IMG/VR virus record: IMGVR_UViG_3300018059_000546 | Direction: 5' to 3' (one strand) | Origin: a virus | Length of the DNA stretch: 64,000 nucleotides | Part shown: positions 19,429 to 29,619 of the stretch, one piece after another | How the letters are laid out: every line of letters starts with the position of its first letter | Numbering within the stretch: position 1 is the stretch's first letter | Made by a program: the position numbers and the translations under genes | Notes under the pieces: model-generated | What the model was told of the DNA's origin: nothing | The model's database searches: none | What the model saw: the letters and a program-made list of their open reading frames with translations, nothing else

Positions 19429-20105
19429 AACCCCCGACGGATCTTCATGAGACGAGTGAGCATTTCGTCTTCCTTAGCTTCGAAATCGTCCCACCTGGTG
19501 AGAGTCGCCTTGGTAGCTTCGGGTGAAGTGTAATCGTCCGAGTTCGACATGCGAATGAAATCGCTCTTACGATCGACGTTCCACCACTTGTAGATAGCGA
19601 TAGCTTCTCTGTACAGTGCGCAATTGTCTTCTAAGGTTCCTCGTCCGGGATCATCCGCATGTGTCGCAACCAATTGAGATTCTAACCACTCCAAATGTTG
19701 GGGAGCGTTCGTTTCCGTGATGAATCTATTGAGAGAATTCATGCAAGCGTACAAAATCTCTGATAGCGGGTCGATGTACCCACCGGAGTAATCATCGCAT
19801 CCCTCGACCCAAGACACCTGACGAAGGTCCAACATGTGGGTGCGGCGAATGAGAGTGTCTCTCACATACCATCGCAACTCCCGCAGGGGCATCGTAACAT
19901 GCACGACGAACCAGTGAACGAACGTTTCCATAATGAAGTACCGCACGGGGTACTTCGCCTTCATCTCCTTGTGGTAGTCTTCCCACGTCCACCCCAAGAC
20001 GTCGGGTTGGAATCGACGGATCGGAAGTGCATTACTCTCTGACCAACCCAGGTCGACCACGCTAGGAAGCGAGATAGCCTTCTTCAGTCTCTTCAATACG
20101 TTCAT
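19419..20105 (-). CDS. hypothetical phage protein
   Basis: 228 aa ending EMLTRLMKIRRGLW. Confidence 0.65.
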   Translation of the reverse strand: MNVLKRLKKAISLPSVVDLGWSESNALPIRRFQPDVLGWTWEDYHKEMKAKYPVRYFIMETFVHWFVVHVTMPLRELRWYVRDTLIRRTHMLDLRQVSWVEGCDDYSGGYIDPLSEILYACMNSLNRFITETNAPQHLEWLESQLVATHADDPGRGTLEDNCALYREAIAIYKWWNVDRKSDFIRMSNSDDYTSPEATKATLTRWDDFEAKEDEMLTRLMKIRRGLWN

Positions 20106-20108
20106 TGT

Positions 20109-20717
20109 TTATCCAAACTTGACATCCACGTTCACCTTCACGTTGAATTCAGGGATGCGGACAGATGTCGCTACCTTGTGTTTGAGAGCTTCGTCGGGCG
20201 CGAGGAACCAATCTGCGTGGCCCCGTGCATGGATGGCATCGAGAAAGTACGTGTCCGAATGTCCGCAGTTCCTAGCGATCATCTTGAACACCAACTGGTT
20301 CAACCTTTCGCTTTCCTCCGCGCTCGCCTTGATTTCTTCGATCTTTCCATGATTGAAACTTGATACGTCGTGAAACATGAGTGTTGCCGCCGGTCCCATG
20401 AACCGCAATCCGTCAGACCCCATGGCGAAAAGCATCGCTCCGCAAGACATGGCCTTTCCAACGACGATGGTTGCGACAGGCTTCTTGCAGTGCTTTACCA
20501 CATCGATCATCGCCAGAAGAGCGTATGCTTCGCCACCGTAAGAATCGATGATGATGGGTACGACTGCTTGATTCCTCTGCTCAGTTTCCATCATCAAAGT
20601 CGTGAACGCTTTCACGGACTCCTCATCGAACTTGTTCACGTACACGAAGGATGGAACGTCGATGAGCTCTTCGAGCTTACGAACTTTGATGTTGGGATCG
20701 ATATCGTACTTTCTCAT
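20109..20717 (-). CDS. clpP: ClpP-like serine protease
   Basis: IDSYGG, AMSCG (catalytic Ser), MFHD; start revised to 20717 (TAATG). Confidence 0.88.
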   Translation of the reverse strand: MRKYDIDPNIKVRKLEELIDVPSFVYVNKFDEESVKAFTTLMMETEQRNQAVVPIIIDSYGGEAYALLAMIDVVKHCKKPVATIVVGKAMSCGAMLFAMGSDGLRFMGPAATLMFHDVSSFNHGKIEEIKASAEESERLNQLVFKMIARNCGHSDTYFLDAIHARGHADWFLAPDEALKHKVATSVRIPEFNVKVNVDVKFG

Positions 20718-21043
20718 TAGAAGCTCACCGAGTTTCCACAACCACATGATCCTGAAGATTTCGGATTGTTAAATTTGAATCCGCCGCCGACCAGATCTTC
20801 TAGATAGTCGATCTCCGAACCATCCAGATATTGGAGGCTCATTTGATCTACTACGATACGAACACCATCGTGATCGAATACCTCATCGATATCGCTGATC
20901 TTGTCCTCATCATCAAAAAAGAATTCTGTAGTAAATCCAGCGCATCCCCCACCACTAAGTTTTGCTCGAACAATACATGCGCACGCATCGGCAGTTGCAA
21001 TTTCAATCAGTTTTTGGTGAGCTTTTTGTGTTAAAGATAACAT
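20717..21043 (-). CDS. A-type Fe-S carrier protein (HesB/IscA/ErpA)
   Basis: GGGCAGF, IDY, FNNP, SCGCGNS. Confidence 0.93.
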   Translation of the reverse strand: MLSLTQKAHQKLIEIATADACACIVRAKLSGGGCAGFTTEFFFDDEDKISDIDEVFDHDGVRIVVDQMSLQYLDGSEIDYLEDLVGGGFKFNNPKSSGSCGCGNSVSF

Positions 21044-21941
21044 CTTTCCATTCTTCTCTTTTAGACATCAAATCTGTAACTCTTACAAGTTTTAGACCGT
21101 TTGTTCGAAACCATTCATCTTTTTCTCGATCATGAAGCCACTTTTTACAAATAGCAATATCAACTTTTCGTGTCGAGTTACGAATTGTTTCAATTGGTCT
21201 GTCTAGACCGTGCCAAAAAATTCCATCGAACTCTACGAATGTATCGCAATCTTCAATATAGAAATCAACGTCCCAACCACGTACGAATACATGATGAATT
21301 ACTTTTGAAAACAATTCTCGTAACTTGCTGTAGAAAATTTTTTCTGACTTCGACGAACGAATTGTACCATTCTTTTTGAATGTTTCAAAACGTTTTTTAT
21401 TTGCATCTGTCGTATGGGCTAACGCGATCACGCGCGGTAGTTGCAGTGGAGTCCTAACACCAAACTTTTCGATATGCGTCGCTTCTATTTGAGCTCGTAT
21501 CGTTGGAGATGAAAACGGATTAGAAACCCCATAACGTGCTAAATTAGTTTCTTGCGCCCTGTTTTGAAACTCAGGAACAAGCCCAGGGTTTGAATATCCG
21601 TATCTTTTCAAGAAGATGTTCTCTAAATTTCCTTTGAATTCAGGACACTGAGTGTGATATTCGACGCCGCGCTTTTTAAGATGCGTCAAACGTATTTTTG
21701 CTTTGACTTCTTCGCACGAAAAAGGATTTTCTGCACCAAATTTTTCGAGATTTGTTTTTCTAATTGTAGTTTGCACTTCAACGCTTTGAAAGGGGTTGAC
21801 AACTCCGTATCTTTCTAAGAAATGTTTTTCTTTCTTCTTTTTAAGAACACCACCATTACGTTGTGCTTCATTAACACAATTAGTTGAACAAAAATGAAAC
21901 TCTCTTTTCCGATATTTTTCTGATGTATCTTTGTCAAACAA
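21003..21941 (-). mobile_element. homing endonuclease, Vsr/DUF559-like with YGV repeats
   Basis: FCSTNC, YGV/FG repeats, WDVDFYI..VEFDGIFWHGLDRP; start uncertain. Confidence 0.8.
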
Positions 21942-22022
21942 CGCTTGACATTGGCTACAGATATAAGTTTCGATAGAACGTATGTTACACTATACTATGT
22001 CACCCAGCTCATCATCCACCTA

Positions 22023-22544
22023 TCATCGAAAAATCCTCAGATTGTTTCTCATGCCAGTGGACGAAGAAATCGTTGCGCGACCATCGCCCAGGCATGCTGC
22101 AGTGTACAAGGAAGTGAATGGGGCGAGCAAGTGAAATTTATCTTCGTATACCTTTTGATCGGCCATACTCATTTTCGCGCAGGAGATCGTCATTTCATCC
22201 TCGTTGAGGTCGAGCACGTCCAAGTAAATGTACTTGATTCCGACCAGAGAAGATCTGTACAGCATGCTTTCTTCGACGATCGATCCCGGGGCGGGTGCTG
22301 CTGTTCTAATGTTGATGAACCCGTGATCGTCGGGAACTACGGTGTCTTCGATGTCTCCATCCCACGATGGAGAGATCGTACAAGCGAGATCGTACCATAT
22401 GCAATCTTCGCTGGACTCCACTTTCGTTATCTTTGAGATCTTAAAGGCTGTCCGTGGAATGGCGTGTGTACCTCTCTCTGGAGAGAGACGTACCCCTCTC
22501 ATCCGTAAATCGTCGACAGTAAAGAGTTCTTTATACAAGGTCAC
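22023..22544 (-). CDS. hypothetical protein
   Basis: GTGA-coupled to the helicase. Confidence 0.55.
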   Translation of the reverse strand: MTLYKELFTVDDLRMRGVRLSPERGTHAIPRTAFKISKITKVESSEDCIWYDLACTISPSWDGDIEDTVVPDDHGFINIRTAAPAPGSIVEESMLYRSSLVGIKYIYLDVLDLNEDEMTISCAKMSMADQKVYEDKFHLLAPFTSLYTAACLGDGRATISSSTGMRNNLRIFR

Positions 22545-25273
22545 GACTTTAGGGACTTTCGAAAGGATTCAGGAAACATGTCCTTGTTCTTTTCGTAGAA
22601 GTAAGCGAACGATTCGTCGAGGACGTAAGTTGTTGCCCTATCCTCCATGTTACGAATGGACCTTCCGACACCCTGGACCATGGTCCGTGTGGTTTCTAGC
22701 GCGTACCACTTAGAGTCCAGTTGCATGCGTTTCGCGATTACAGCGTCACCCATGTTGGGAAATGGAACTTTGACGAAAATCTGAAAACGAGATAGATCGT
22801 CGACCAAGTCGACTCCTTCTGTCATGGACGGGGACAGCATCACAGATGCATCCTTGCGGGTAGCATGCTCTCTGATCATCTCATCTCTGTCACCGTCGTC
22901 TCTGTACAGAAGACGTGGGTCCTTCACCTGTTCCTTGATGAATCGAGCCACCTTGTGCGAAGTCGCGTGGATGATGCCCTTTTCCCCCTTGTGAAGCTCG
23001 AGCAATCCCTTGACAATTTCGACCATCTTCGGTAAGGTAGAATCAATCTCCGCTCTGTTCATCTTTCCAACGGGAAGGAAATGTACCGGCCTGTTCTCGA
23101 TTGGGAACGGACAGTCGATGTTCATGTATGCCACTTCTTCAGGCTTGAGTCCGATCCACTTGCAAAATGTATCTTTGTCTAGAATGCTAGCAGAGAGCAT
23201 GAGAACGTATTTACCTCGTTCGAAGAGCGTTTCGTGGGAGACGCTATCCACACGAATTGGTTTGAAAGACATCACCTTGCCCGATCGACCGTCCTCCATG
23301 CAGTAGATCCAGTCCTCAGGTTTGTAGCGTTCGACAAATCGGTTGACCCGGCACAAGTGTTTGTCGATTCTGGAGTATCGTTCAGCGTTGTCTCCGAGCT
23401 TGCCCTTCGCAATTTCTCTCTGAAGCTTTAACTTGCCGTTCGCAAGAGCTTTTCTGTAAGGATCTGAGATCCATTCGAACGCTTCTTCTTGGGATGATTC
23501 GAAAGGAATTCGGATTCTGGTCTTTCCAAGCACCGACCGATTGATCTGGTCGGAAATATCGACCGATGCGAACTTAGTCAGCACCCCTTCGGTCGTATGG
23601 CAATTCGAGACCAAGATAGAATTTGCAAAATAGTTGTGATTGTCTTCAACCTCAAGATTATACTTGAAGTGTTCTTTCTTGTCGTCCCAATTACGAACTG
23701 TTTCTACGAAAGAAATTTTTTCTACGACAACATCATGATTTGTTGCAAATTTCTGAAGTTGGAGTCGGCAATATTCTTCATCTGCCTCGAGTTGTTTGTT
23801 CGTGACATAGAGGCATTCGTATCCAATCGCTTCGTATTGTTCTACGACATCTCTAATCTCTTCTTCGGTATGCCAAAAGTATACGTCACCAACTTCAATG
23901 ACCTTATTCGTTCCTTCAACAACAAAATCAGGGTTCTTGTGTTTTCCGTTCTTGAACGTTACCCATTTGCTTCCTAGCCCTGTAAACATAACTTTTGGCA
24001 AATCTAGATCGATAACGAACTGTTCAAGTGAATTTGGTTTGTTTCTTTTCTCGTGGCGAGGAGCTGAGGTCCAGTTTTCGATGATTTTTCGTTTTTCTTC
24101 AGGAGATTTGGCATCCCAATTAGCTTTGATCGAAGCTTTCATTTTTTCGACGCACTTTTCGTCATTCATCGGATTGTTGATCAACATCCTTTGCGAACGT
24201 TTTTCACTAGCTTCTTCAGAAGTGCTGAAGCACTCTTTCGAACAAAATCTTTGATCTATGCTGCTTAGAGTAATACGAATTCTACAAGAACAAGTTGGAC
24301 ATGCTCGATATTCTATCGTTCGACCAAGATGGTAATTCAGAGCTTTTTCTGATGCGAAAGAATGTCTGCAGCAAAGGCACGAAACGTTTAGTTCTGGAAA
24401 TGATTTCTCTACCCGACGTTGCATGTAACTACGCGTCGCATTTTCTTTCTCTAAAACGTCATACTTCAAAACGTCGTCTTTAAGAAGATCATCAGCTCTA
24501 ATGTACCCTCTAGTTTTAGTCCAAATCTTATGATTAGCAGTCACCGTAATAGAGCTCTCTAAACATGCATGAGAAACTTTTATCTTTATCCATTTCGTAG
24601 TCTTGTTGTAGGACGTGCGGATTTTTCGAATTATTCGTTTTCGCTCGTACTTGTCGTCAGTCGAGTTGTAAGACATCACGTGCGTGATGTTCGGATTTTG
24701 CCAGATTTCGTGAACGCATACTTCTTGGTCACCGTCGACCCAAATTTTTGTTTCTGGTCGAAGACACTCGTCTAAGATGAGAAGGTTACGAGGTTCGAGT
24801 TTTCCTGCGTACGTCGTTTCGTTCATGAAGTAGGCGTAGTTCGTAACTCCCAAGGGAGATTCGAGGAACGCTTTTTTGTCCGCAGAATAGGGACATGTTG
24901 CAGCACATTCAGGAGCTCTCATGCAGGCCCGTGCAACCCTACGGGTGACAGCGCAGGTCATCCCAGTATCACACATGTAATTATCAGCGGACTTAAGAGA
25001 ACGTAGACCAATCTTGGCAAAGTCCTTCAAGTACTGAGCTTGCAAGATCTTTTGTGTGGTAAGAACGTAGGCTCCTCCGCCCTGGAGACTGTCGAGAAAT
25101 CTCGACACGGTCACAGCGATAGCACTCTTGCCAATCCCGACGCCCAACTCCCCTAAAACAAACTTTTTCTTTTCATTGATGAATTGATTCAAGGTGAAAT
25201 TAATTGCGATAGCTTGTTCGGGGCGAACTTTTTCAAATGGAAAAAAATCAATCCAATCAGATTCAGTTATCAT
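22541..25273 (-). CDS. DinG/Rad3-like SF2 helicase with intein
   Basis: ELGVGIGKS, DE-[intein]-CH, LSAS, EGVDL, QGVGRSIR. Confidence 0.9.
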   Translation of the reverse strand: MITESDWIDFFPFEKVRPEQAIAINFTLNQFINEKKKFVLGELGVGIGKSAIAVTVSRFLDSLQGGGAYVLTTQKILQAQYLKDFAKIGLRSLKSADNYMCDTGMTCAVTRRVARACMRAPECAATCPYSADKKAFLESPLGVTNYAYFMNETTYAGKLEPRNLLILDECLRPETKIWVDGDQEVCVHEIWQNPNITHVMSYNSTDDKYERKRIIRKIRTSYNKTTKWIKIKVSHACLESSITVTANHKIWTKTRGYIRADDLLKDDVLKYDVLEKENATRSYMQRRVEKSFPELNVSCLCCRHSFASEKALNYHLGRTIEYRACPTCSCRIRITLSSIDQRFCSKECFSTSEEASEKRSQRMLINNPMNDEKCVEKMKASIKANWDAKSPEEKRKIIENWTSAPRHEKRNKPNSLEQFVIDLDLPKVMFTGLGSKWVTFKNGKHKNPDFVVEGTNKVIEVGDVYFWHTEEEIRDVVEQYEAIGYECLYVTNKQLEADEEYCRLQLQKFATNHDVVVEKISFVETVRNWDDKKEHFKYNLEVEDNHNYFANSILVSNCHTTEGVLTKFASVDISDQINRSVLGKTRIRIPFESSQEEAFEWISDPYRKALANGKLKLQREIAKGKLGDNAERYSRIDKHLCRVNRFVERYKPEDWIYCMEDGRSGKVMSFKPIRVDSVSHETLFERGKYVLMLSASILDKDTFCKWIGLKPEEVAYMNIDCPFPIENRPVHFLPVGKMNRAEIDSTLPKMVEIVKGLLELHKGEKGIIHATSHKVARFIKEQVKDPRLLYRDDGDRDEMIREHATRKDASVMLSPSMTEGVDLVDDLSRFQIFVKVPFPNMGDAVIAKRMQLDSKWYALETTRTMVQGVGRSIRNMEDRATTYVLDESFAYFYEKNKDMFPESFRKSLKS
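23603..24766 (-). mobile_element. 388-aa intein with Zn-finger/Vsr-like endonuclease
   Basis: Begins CLRPET; block B TANH; ends YNLEVEDNHNYFANSILVSN|C. Confidence 0.92.
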
Positions 25274-26183
25274 TTTTGAAGTATTCAAATGTTCTTTCAT
25301 CCCAAACGATATCTTTATCCAAACGCGCTTCATCGAACGAAATTTTTGGAAAATCTAGTTCTGTCGCTACACGAAAATTCTTTTCGTTCATATCACAAAA
25401 CACCTTGCCTGCTTTAAATTTCTCAACATTTACAGGAAACTCTAAAGCATAACTCTGTTTGATTTCGTACACACAGTTTTCATCGAGCACCAAAAAATCC
25501 GGCCTGTACGTTCGTTTTTGTCCTTCGCTACCAATGTACGGAATTAAGACCTCGTACGGATGAAAATCTTTACCAATTTCTCTTCCCAGACTTTCTTGGT
25601 ATTTCATGAACGAGTACTCGAGAAGACTTCGAAAGAAAAAAGTTTTGTACCAACCCTTGACGCTTCGTCCACCACGGGCGTAAACTTTCCCGTAAGCGGG
25701 ATTTTTGTCTCCAGATGCAGCAATGGATTTTTTCTGGCGAATTCTTTCAGCTTTTTCGTGTCCGTAAAGTTCGATATTCGTTTTCCCGATGTTTGTTCGA
25801 TTCATATCAGAAAATGTTTTTCTGGCAGCTAGTTTCTGCTTACTCATGTCTGCAGACAGTATCGCTTCAGACATCGTCTTTCGATACTCTGCGTCTTTAG
25901 CGTCCGCGTATTCTCCGCCACCTTTTTCAAGCCAATAATCATAAGTTGATCTGCGTGGATCAAATCCCGTGTGCAATACTCCCACGTGATGTCCCCATTT
26001 CGAAAAACACGACTTAGAACAAAAGCGGGGCTGTTTCTCTCTAAGAAATTCGAAATGTTGTTTACAAAATTCACAATCGAATACGAACAATCTCTTTCTT
26101 GAAGAGAACCTACAAGACTTAGAACAAAATTTGCTGTTCCCATGTTTGGGTGCATAGACTTTAGAACAATATGCGCATGTCAT
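25263..26183 (-). mobile_element. homing endonuclease, TnsA-like PD-(D/E)xK domain
   Basis: Two CxxC..FCSKSC modules; FRSLLE, TYRPDF..YEIK; AT-rich. Confidence 0.8.
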
Positions 26184-26228
26184 GTAAATACATATCTATC
26201 CAGCTTAGAACTGGATTCGATCCTTCTG

Positions 26229-26495
26229 TCATTTGACCTCCTCGAAGAGGTATTCCATCTTTTGGTGGAAGGCTTTCGTGTTTACGACGTAACAAGTGAC
26301 TATCTCGATTCCGTTCTTACCCTGCAAAATGATCCCCATCGTCGAAGAAAAAACCCAAAATGGTTTTGTCAAAACTATAAAGTTCTCGTTCGGCCCAATG
26401 TCTCTTCTTTGCCAAGTGGATGTTTTCTCAACAACTCTATCAATCGACCACAGACCAATTGCTTTGACTATCGATCCACGTCTCATAACGGGCAA
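26229..26495 (-). CDS. hypothetical protein
   Basis: 88-aa ORF. Confidence 0.5.
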   Translation of the reverse strand: MPVMRRGSIVKAIGLWSIDRVVEKTSTWQRRDIGPNENFIVLTKPFWVFSSTMGIILQGKNGIEIVTCYVVNTKAFHQKMEYLFEEVK

Positions 26496-26547
26496 AAGGG
26501 GTCCGTCGAATTTCGACGGACCCCTGCAGAGATTTCCCTCTAGCAGA

Positions 26548-28770
26548 TTACCACTTGACAGACTTGACGAGCACCTGGTAGTTCAGAGTAGCACCAGCAG
26601 ATCGAGTCAGATAGAACCCGAACCCATTCTTCCCTTGCGAAAGAACTGACATGGGAACTCCTCCGGTAGGTCGGATCGTGACAAATCCGGTCGTGGCATT
26701 CGTGTTCAGAACTTCTACACCCCACATGCTAGAGATAACATGTCCTCTGAGATCAATCACCATTTCCTGCCACGACAGGTCGACGTTAGCATGAGCATTA
26801 GTCAAAATGACGCTGGCAACGAACGAAGTCTGGTTACTGAACGTTGTTCTAGTCTGAACCGTCATGGCGTACGTTCCTGCAGGAACGTCCATTCCTGTTG
26901 CAACGACCTTCTTCACGGAGATACCTTGGTCTCCTGGAGCTTTCGCGGTCGTATGCGTGGGCACAATGTTCGGAACGGCTGTCGGAGAAGGAACCGGCGT
27001 GGGGGTTGGAACGGGAACCGTTGGAGCTCCCGAAACCCAACCAGCATTCAAGAATGGCAGCAGGAAATTTCGAAGATCGTATGCAGTTCCCGTAGTTCCA
27101 GAGTCGGCATCGTAGTGAGTCCCGGACTTCTCGATGAGAGTGACAGGAAACCCATTGCTGCGGAGAGCTGTCATGTTCGTCCTCGTCGCAGCGATTGGAT
27201 ACGTTGCATCCGACAAGTGCGCCAAATGAGCAATGTTGACCTTCCAACCTGCAGTTTGAGATGCTGTGAAAGCAGAACTATTCGGTGTAGTATTCTCAAA
27301 AATTCCACCCGCGAACAAGTTCGCATTCGTGAACAACAAAGGATACCCGATGTCACCACCTGAAGAGTAACCTCCGAGATAGACCTGTTTCGGGTCGATG
27401 TTGAAATGTGTCTTCATGTCTGCGATTGCAGCCAGAATCTTCGGGCCGTCTGTGGCCATATTCGACCAGCAAGCACCCTCACGACCGCCGACTGCGACGC
27501 TGATCCAGTTCTGACCCGTTACGTAGGATACCATCGACACATCGTACTGGCTCTGCCCACCGCAACCATGGAGCCAAACGAACATCTTCGTCGGAGTTGC
27601 ATGAGAACTATCGTACGACGTTGGAACGTAAACCCAGTAGTTGCTCTGGGGAGTGGTGAGAGTGAAGACCGTGTTTTTGGTAAAGGGTACGGGATTCGTC
27701 GGAACAGATCCTCCCGGAGGGAGAGATGTCGGGACCGGAACCCCCGTGAAATCTCCCGGATTTTGCAACGGAGCCATGAATGGTTTTAACCACGAAATCT
27801 TCACGTTGTCCGTCACGTAGTTGTTCGTTGGGCAAATGGTGAAGGTGTTACCTCCCCACCAGGCCGGAGGTCCGTAACCCCACCAAGCCCATCCCATCAT
27901 AACGTCAGAATTTGCTGCGATGTAGCTACACGCAGAGGCGACTGCTGCGGCGGAGGTCGAGGTCGCAGAAGAAGCTGCGAATTCGCTGAGGTGCACCTTG
28001 AAACCCCTCGTGCGAGCCCAATCAACGACTGGTTGGAGTCGTTGTGCCATGATGTTGGTAGAAACGACGTCATTCGCGCCGCCACCACCAGCAGCGTCGA
28101 AGTAACAATGAACTGACACGACGAGATTTTTCAAAGGATCGTTCAGAGACGACCATGCTGTTGCGTTCGAAACTTTCGTAGTCGCTGTATCGTACCACGA
28201 ATCGTTCCACGACTGGGGCGCTGAGAAACCATTACCATCGACGAAGATCATGGCCGTCGAACCTGTAGACCTGATCCCGGTGATCGCCGTCTGCGCAGCA
28301 GAGAACCACTGGGTGGTGCTCATGTTGTTCGGTTCGTTGGAAAGTCCCAACGCAACGCGGGGATTAGACTTGTAGATAGCTGCGACCTTCGTCCAAAAAT
28401 CTGCGAACGCACTATTCGGGACAGCAGCGCTGCCGACAAGGTCTCCCTTGTACTTAGCAAAATTTCCAAAGGACGCGCCGTGGGGTTCAATGAGAACATA
28501 CAGGCCCTTACTGGTAGCGTAATCAACTCGAGCTTTCAGCGTGGCCCCATATCCTGTCGTAAGAACCGGGCCGTTCAACGTGGGTTGTAAGAGCTCCCAC
28601 GAAAAGACAAGACGGATGAAGTTGAAACCTTTTGTGGCAAGGTAGTCGATGTCTTGGTTGGACACGAACATGTAGTTCTGTCCTTCGACGGGATTCGGGG
28701 TCGAACCCCAATCCCACTCTGCGCCCGCACAGTTAGCTCCGGTCAGGACTGGAAATGCTCTAGTTGCCAT
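26548..28770 (-). CDS. modular GH5 endoglucanase + alpha/beta-hydrolase esterase + CBM-like domain
   Basis: GH5: GANCAGAE, RLVFSWE, NEP, HCYFD, LSEF, WAWW. Esterase: WLHGCGG, GGYSSGG. Pro/Thr linkers and a beta-rich C-terminus. Confidence 0.88.
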   Translation of the reverse strand: MATRAFPVLTGANCAGAEWDWGSTPNPVEGQNYMFVSNQDIDYLATKGFNFIRLVFSWELLQPTLNGPVLTTGYGATLKARVDYATSKGLYVLIEPHGASFGNFAKYKGDLVGSAAVPNSAFADFWTKVAAIYKSNPRVALGLSNEPNNMSTTQWFSAAQTAITGIRSTGSTAMIFVDGNGFSAPQSWNDSWYDTATTKVSNATAWSSLNDPLKNLVVSVHCYFDAAGGGGANDVVSTNIMAQRLQPVVDWARTRGFKVHLSEFAASSATSTSAAAVASACSYIAANSDVMMGWAWWGYGPPAWWGGNTFTICPTNNYVTDNVKISWLKPFMAPLQNPGDFTGVPVPTSLPPGGSVPTNPVPFTKNTVFTLTTPQSNYWVYVPTSYDSSHATPTKMFVWLHGCGGQSQYDVSMVSYVTGQNWISVAVGGREGACWSNMATDGPKILAAIADMKTHFNIDPKQVYLGGYSSGGDIGYPLLFTNANLFAGGIFENTTPNSSAFTASQTAGWKVNIAHLAHLSDATYPIAATRTNMTALRSNGFPVTLIEKSGTHYDADSGTTGTAYDLRNFLLPFLNAGWVSGAPTVPVPTPTPVPSPTAVPNIVPTHTTAKAPGDQGISVKKVVATGMDVPAGTYAMTVQTRTTFSNQTSFVASVILTNAHANVDLSWQEMVIDLRGHVISSMWGVEVLNTNATTGFVTIRPTGGVPMSVLSQGKNGFGFYLTRSAGATLNYQVLVKSVKW

Positions 28771-29305
28771 ATGTGTTTTCTGCTGCCTCTAACGTGAAAA
28801 GGATCTCTGTAACCATCTTGTCCGGATTCCATTCATCAAATTCGAATGTTAGAACCCGACACTTCGACCACTTAGCAAATTCGTCGTACTTTCGAGAAAT
28901 ACTTTCTAGCATATCTGCACCCAGTCTTGGATCATCATCTGTGACACCTGCATACGACTTTCTCTTCAAAACGATTACGATCGCAGGAATTTCCGCGAAC
29001 AGAGCGTCTGACGCTCGAATACCTTTTTCGTCGGTTTCTCTTCCAAGAGCTTGGGAATACACCCATTCAGACGGATATTGACGGTCAATTACGACCGACT
29101 GCTTAGTCTGTTTGAAGATTTCAACCACATAAGGATCAGAGATGCGTAGCATCAAAGATGTCATATTGCTACCGGTCAAAGCTTCCTTGTCTCGAGAGTA
29201 CTTGAAATAGGGAATATTGAGCTTTTCAGCCAACAGCTTACCAACCGTGGACTTGCCAGATCGATCTGCCCCTTCCATGATTAAAACGAGTTGCTTATTT
29301 CCCAT
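28760..29305 (-). CDS. deoxynucleoside monophosphate kinase (candidate hm-dCMP kinase)
   Basis: EGADRSGKST P-loop, IDRQYPSEWVYS. Confidence 0.8.
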   Translation of the reverse strand: MGNKQLVLIMEGADRSGKSTVGKLLAEKLNIPYFKYSRDKEALTGSNMTSLMLRISDPYVVEIFKQTKQSVVIDRQYPSEWVYSQALGRETDEKGIRASDALFAEIPAIVIVLKRKSYAGVTDDDPRLGADMLESISRKYDEFAKWSKCRVLTFEFDEWNPDKMVTEILFTLEAAENTYGN

Positions 29306-29316
29306 TCAACCTACCA

Positions 29317-29345
29317 ATTCTACTAAAAATGACGAGAAAAAGCAA
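29317..29345 (-). promoter_or_regulatory. sigma70-like promoter
   Basis: TTGCTT-17 nt-TAGAAT, 11 nt before the kinase ATG. Confidence 0.6.
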
Positions 29346-29355
29346 TGGTAAACCA

Positions 29356-29619
29356 TCATTTGATGAACTTGAGCAACCGAGAGTTGAACCATGCCTGCCC
29401 TTCGATCTCTTTCTCATGAATCATCATTTTTTCGACACCGCCGGACGAATTTAGGACTACGAGATCGTACAGATTCCCGTCCTGCATGTGAGATTCGTAC
29501 ACAGCACAAATTTCTAACAGAAGCAGCAACTTTCTCTCAGGGGAAGGATTCGTCGGAACGGTGGCTCGTACCTCTATCACCACTCCCGGTTTGAGAGTTT
29601 CATTCAATCTTCCCTGCAT
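29356..29619 (-). CDS. hypothetical protein
   Basis: Start uncertain (29607 or 29619). Confidence 0.5.
   Translation of the reverse strand: MQGRLNETLKPGVVIEVRATVPTNPSPERKLLLLLEICAVYESHMQDGNLYDLVVLNSSGGVEKMMIHEKEIEGQAWFNSRLLKFIK

Noticed and set aside
25263-26183. Tn7-like transposon suggested by the TnsA-like domain
   Set aside because: No tnsB/tnsC or terminal repeats; the architecture fits a free-standing homing endonuclease.
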